Source of the DNA: Actinomycetota bacterium
GTDB taxonomy: Bacteria; Actinomycetota; Acidimicrobiia; Acidimicrobiales; SZUA-35
DNA length: 50,635 nucleotides
NCBI GenBank assembly: GCA_039029715.1
Contig: JBCCFN010000002.1
Span: 1 to 50,635, forward strand
Direction: 5' to 3'
In this document: positions 49,735-50,635 of the stretch, one piece after another
How the letters are laid out: every line of letters begins with the position of its first letter
Position numbering within the stretch: the first letter of the stretch is position 1
Position numbers and translations under genes: made by a program
Notes under the pieces: model-generated
The model's input: the letters and a program-made list of their open reading frames with translations, nothing else
Databases searched by the model: none
What the model was told of the DNA's origin: nothing

Positions 49735-49788
49735 GCGCACACTCGGACATCACCCCTCGCTCGCACGCCGCCCATCTACGCTGTACTC

Positions 49789-50635
49789 GTGAAGAACCTC
49801 GGTGTTCTCCTGGCCGTATTGGTGGCAGGAACGGCGGCCTGTTCCCCGTCAACCCAGCCGAATGCCGCAGAGGCCCGGCCGGAACCGGCAACCGTCCGGG
49901 GTGAGCCACACGGCTGGGATCGGTTCTCGATCGACCAGGCCGAACGGCGCCTGACGGTCCACTTCGTCGGCGGGTCCGAGGGCTCACTCAATGACCCCTG
50001 CAACACGGCCCACGAGGCCGAGGCAGAGGAGTCGGCCGATCGGATCGTGATCACCCTGTACCGGCTCCGGCCGGTCGATCCGCCAGAAGATGTCATGTGC
50101 CTGGCCGTCGGCTACCCCCGCCAGGTCGACATCGGGTTGCAGGAACCGCTCGACGACCGCATCGTCGTCGATGGCTACCGCGGGGTGGCCCACCGGCCGA
50201 CCACCGACGCCCCACCAACGCAGCCAACCATCACCGTGGCGGCCGATGAGGTCATGACCACGACCACCAGCCGGTCCGACCCGGCAGCGGTACCGCAGCT
50301 CGAGGTCTGGCTGAGCAGCGTGCGGTACGAACCGTGGTACGACGGCTTCCAGTTCGAGGCCGGCGGCGGGGTCCTGGCGCTCGACCCGTCGGTCGACCCG
50401 CCGACGATCCCGGACGAGCTTCAGGTCCGGACCATCACCTCACGCCTCGGCCAGGAGAATTGGGACCGGCTGCTGTCGACGCTGATCACCGAGTTCGACG
50501 ATCTCGGCGTCCTCGATCTCCGGTACGACCCGTTCGCCGACACGGTGACCGTCAGCCTGAGCGAGGATGCACCGGAAGACACCGCAGCGATCGGCGGCGA
50601 GGTGCGATCGCTGCTCGGTCCGCCGTTCCAGGACG
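49789..50635 (+). CDS. lipoprotein of unknown function (3' end beyond the window)
   Basis: GTG start. VKNLGVLLAVLVAGTAACSPS (lipobox). The GC3-rich frame stays open to the window edge. Confidence 0.6.
   Translation, partial: MKNLGVLLAVLVAGTAACSPSTQPNAAEARPEPATVRGEPHGWDRFSIDQAERRLTVHFVGGSEGSLNDPCNTAHEAEAEESADRIVITLYRLRPVDPPEDVMCLAVGYPRQVDIGLQEPLDDRIVVDGYRGVAHRPTTDAPPTQPTITVAADEVMTTTTSRSDPAAVPQLEVWLSSVRYEPWYDGFQFEAGGGVLALDPSVDPPTIPDELQVRTITSRLGQENWDRLLSTLITEFDDLGVLDLRYDPFADTVTVSLSEDAPEDTAAIGGEVRSLLGPPFQD

Noticed and set aside
49538-49766. Whether the lower-GC segment is a fragment of RNase P RNA, SRP RNA or tmRNA. It contains GGAAAGGCAAGCC and GTCCGGGCCAGG, vaguely like GGAAAGUCCGGGC.
   Set aside because: The conserved P4 (GAGGAAAGUCCGGGC), the SRP domain IV (GGUCCGGAAGGAAGCAGC) and the tmRNA ends are not actually present. 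The resemblance is limited to short GC-rich words.
1-50635. Searched by eye for tRNA T-arm motifs (GGTTCGAAT or its complement), rRNA, CRISPR-like regularly spaced repeats, and transposase, integrase or phage genes.
   Set aside because: None was recognised. Visual scanning can miss small RNAs, so tRNAscan-SE and Infernal should confirm this.

Overview
High-G+C, actinobacterial-style chromosomal window: many GTG starts, frequent 4-nt ATGA/GTGA start/stop overlaps, and long antisense shadow ORFs in the six-frame track. I support about 47 protein-coding genes. Reading by eye, I found no rRNA, tRNA, CRISPR array, transposase or integrase. Positions 1-17.9 kb are the most interesting part. They form a Wzy-type surface-glycan locus with a CDP-glucose pathway (rfbF, rfbG), a GDP-mannose-3,5-epimerase-like SDR, a NUDIX hydrolase, five glycosyltransferases, a Wzy/O-antigen-ligase-like membrane protein and three mutually divergent PAPS-type sulfotransferases. 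Two tandem GH26-like hydrolases follow, one a large multidomain secreted enzyme ending in a Calx-beta domain. I read this as a probably undescribed sulfated polysaccharide system. The rest is a mosaic. It holds SDR/EthD/purU/TauD-family/class II aldolase/DUF2817 genes and a NarL-type two-component operon co-transcribed with two lipoproteins, one carrying HExxH. It also holds an orphan soluble PAS-PAS-MCP, a patatin-like lipase, a tandem-DUF427 protein and an unusual Rieske[2Fe-2S]-TPP enzyme fusion. Further along are a secreted beta-propeller with three FN3-like repeats, an AraC-controlled operon of four oxidoreductase-type enzymes, and a strongly asymmetric heterodimeric ABC exporter. The window ends with a TetR/MFS/HxlR efflux module and a gene whose 3' end looks disrupted by a ~230-nt lower-GC segment bracketed by a 9-nt direct repeat. 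Several non-coding repeats and palindromes in divergent promoter regions are reported separately. All functional calls rest on motifs and my recall of family sequences; no database search was run.
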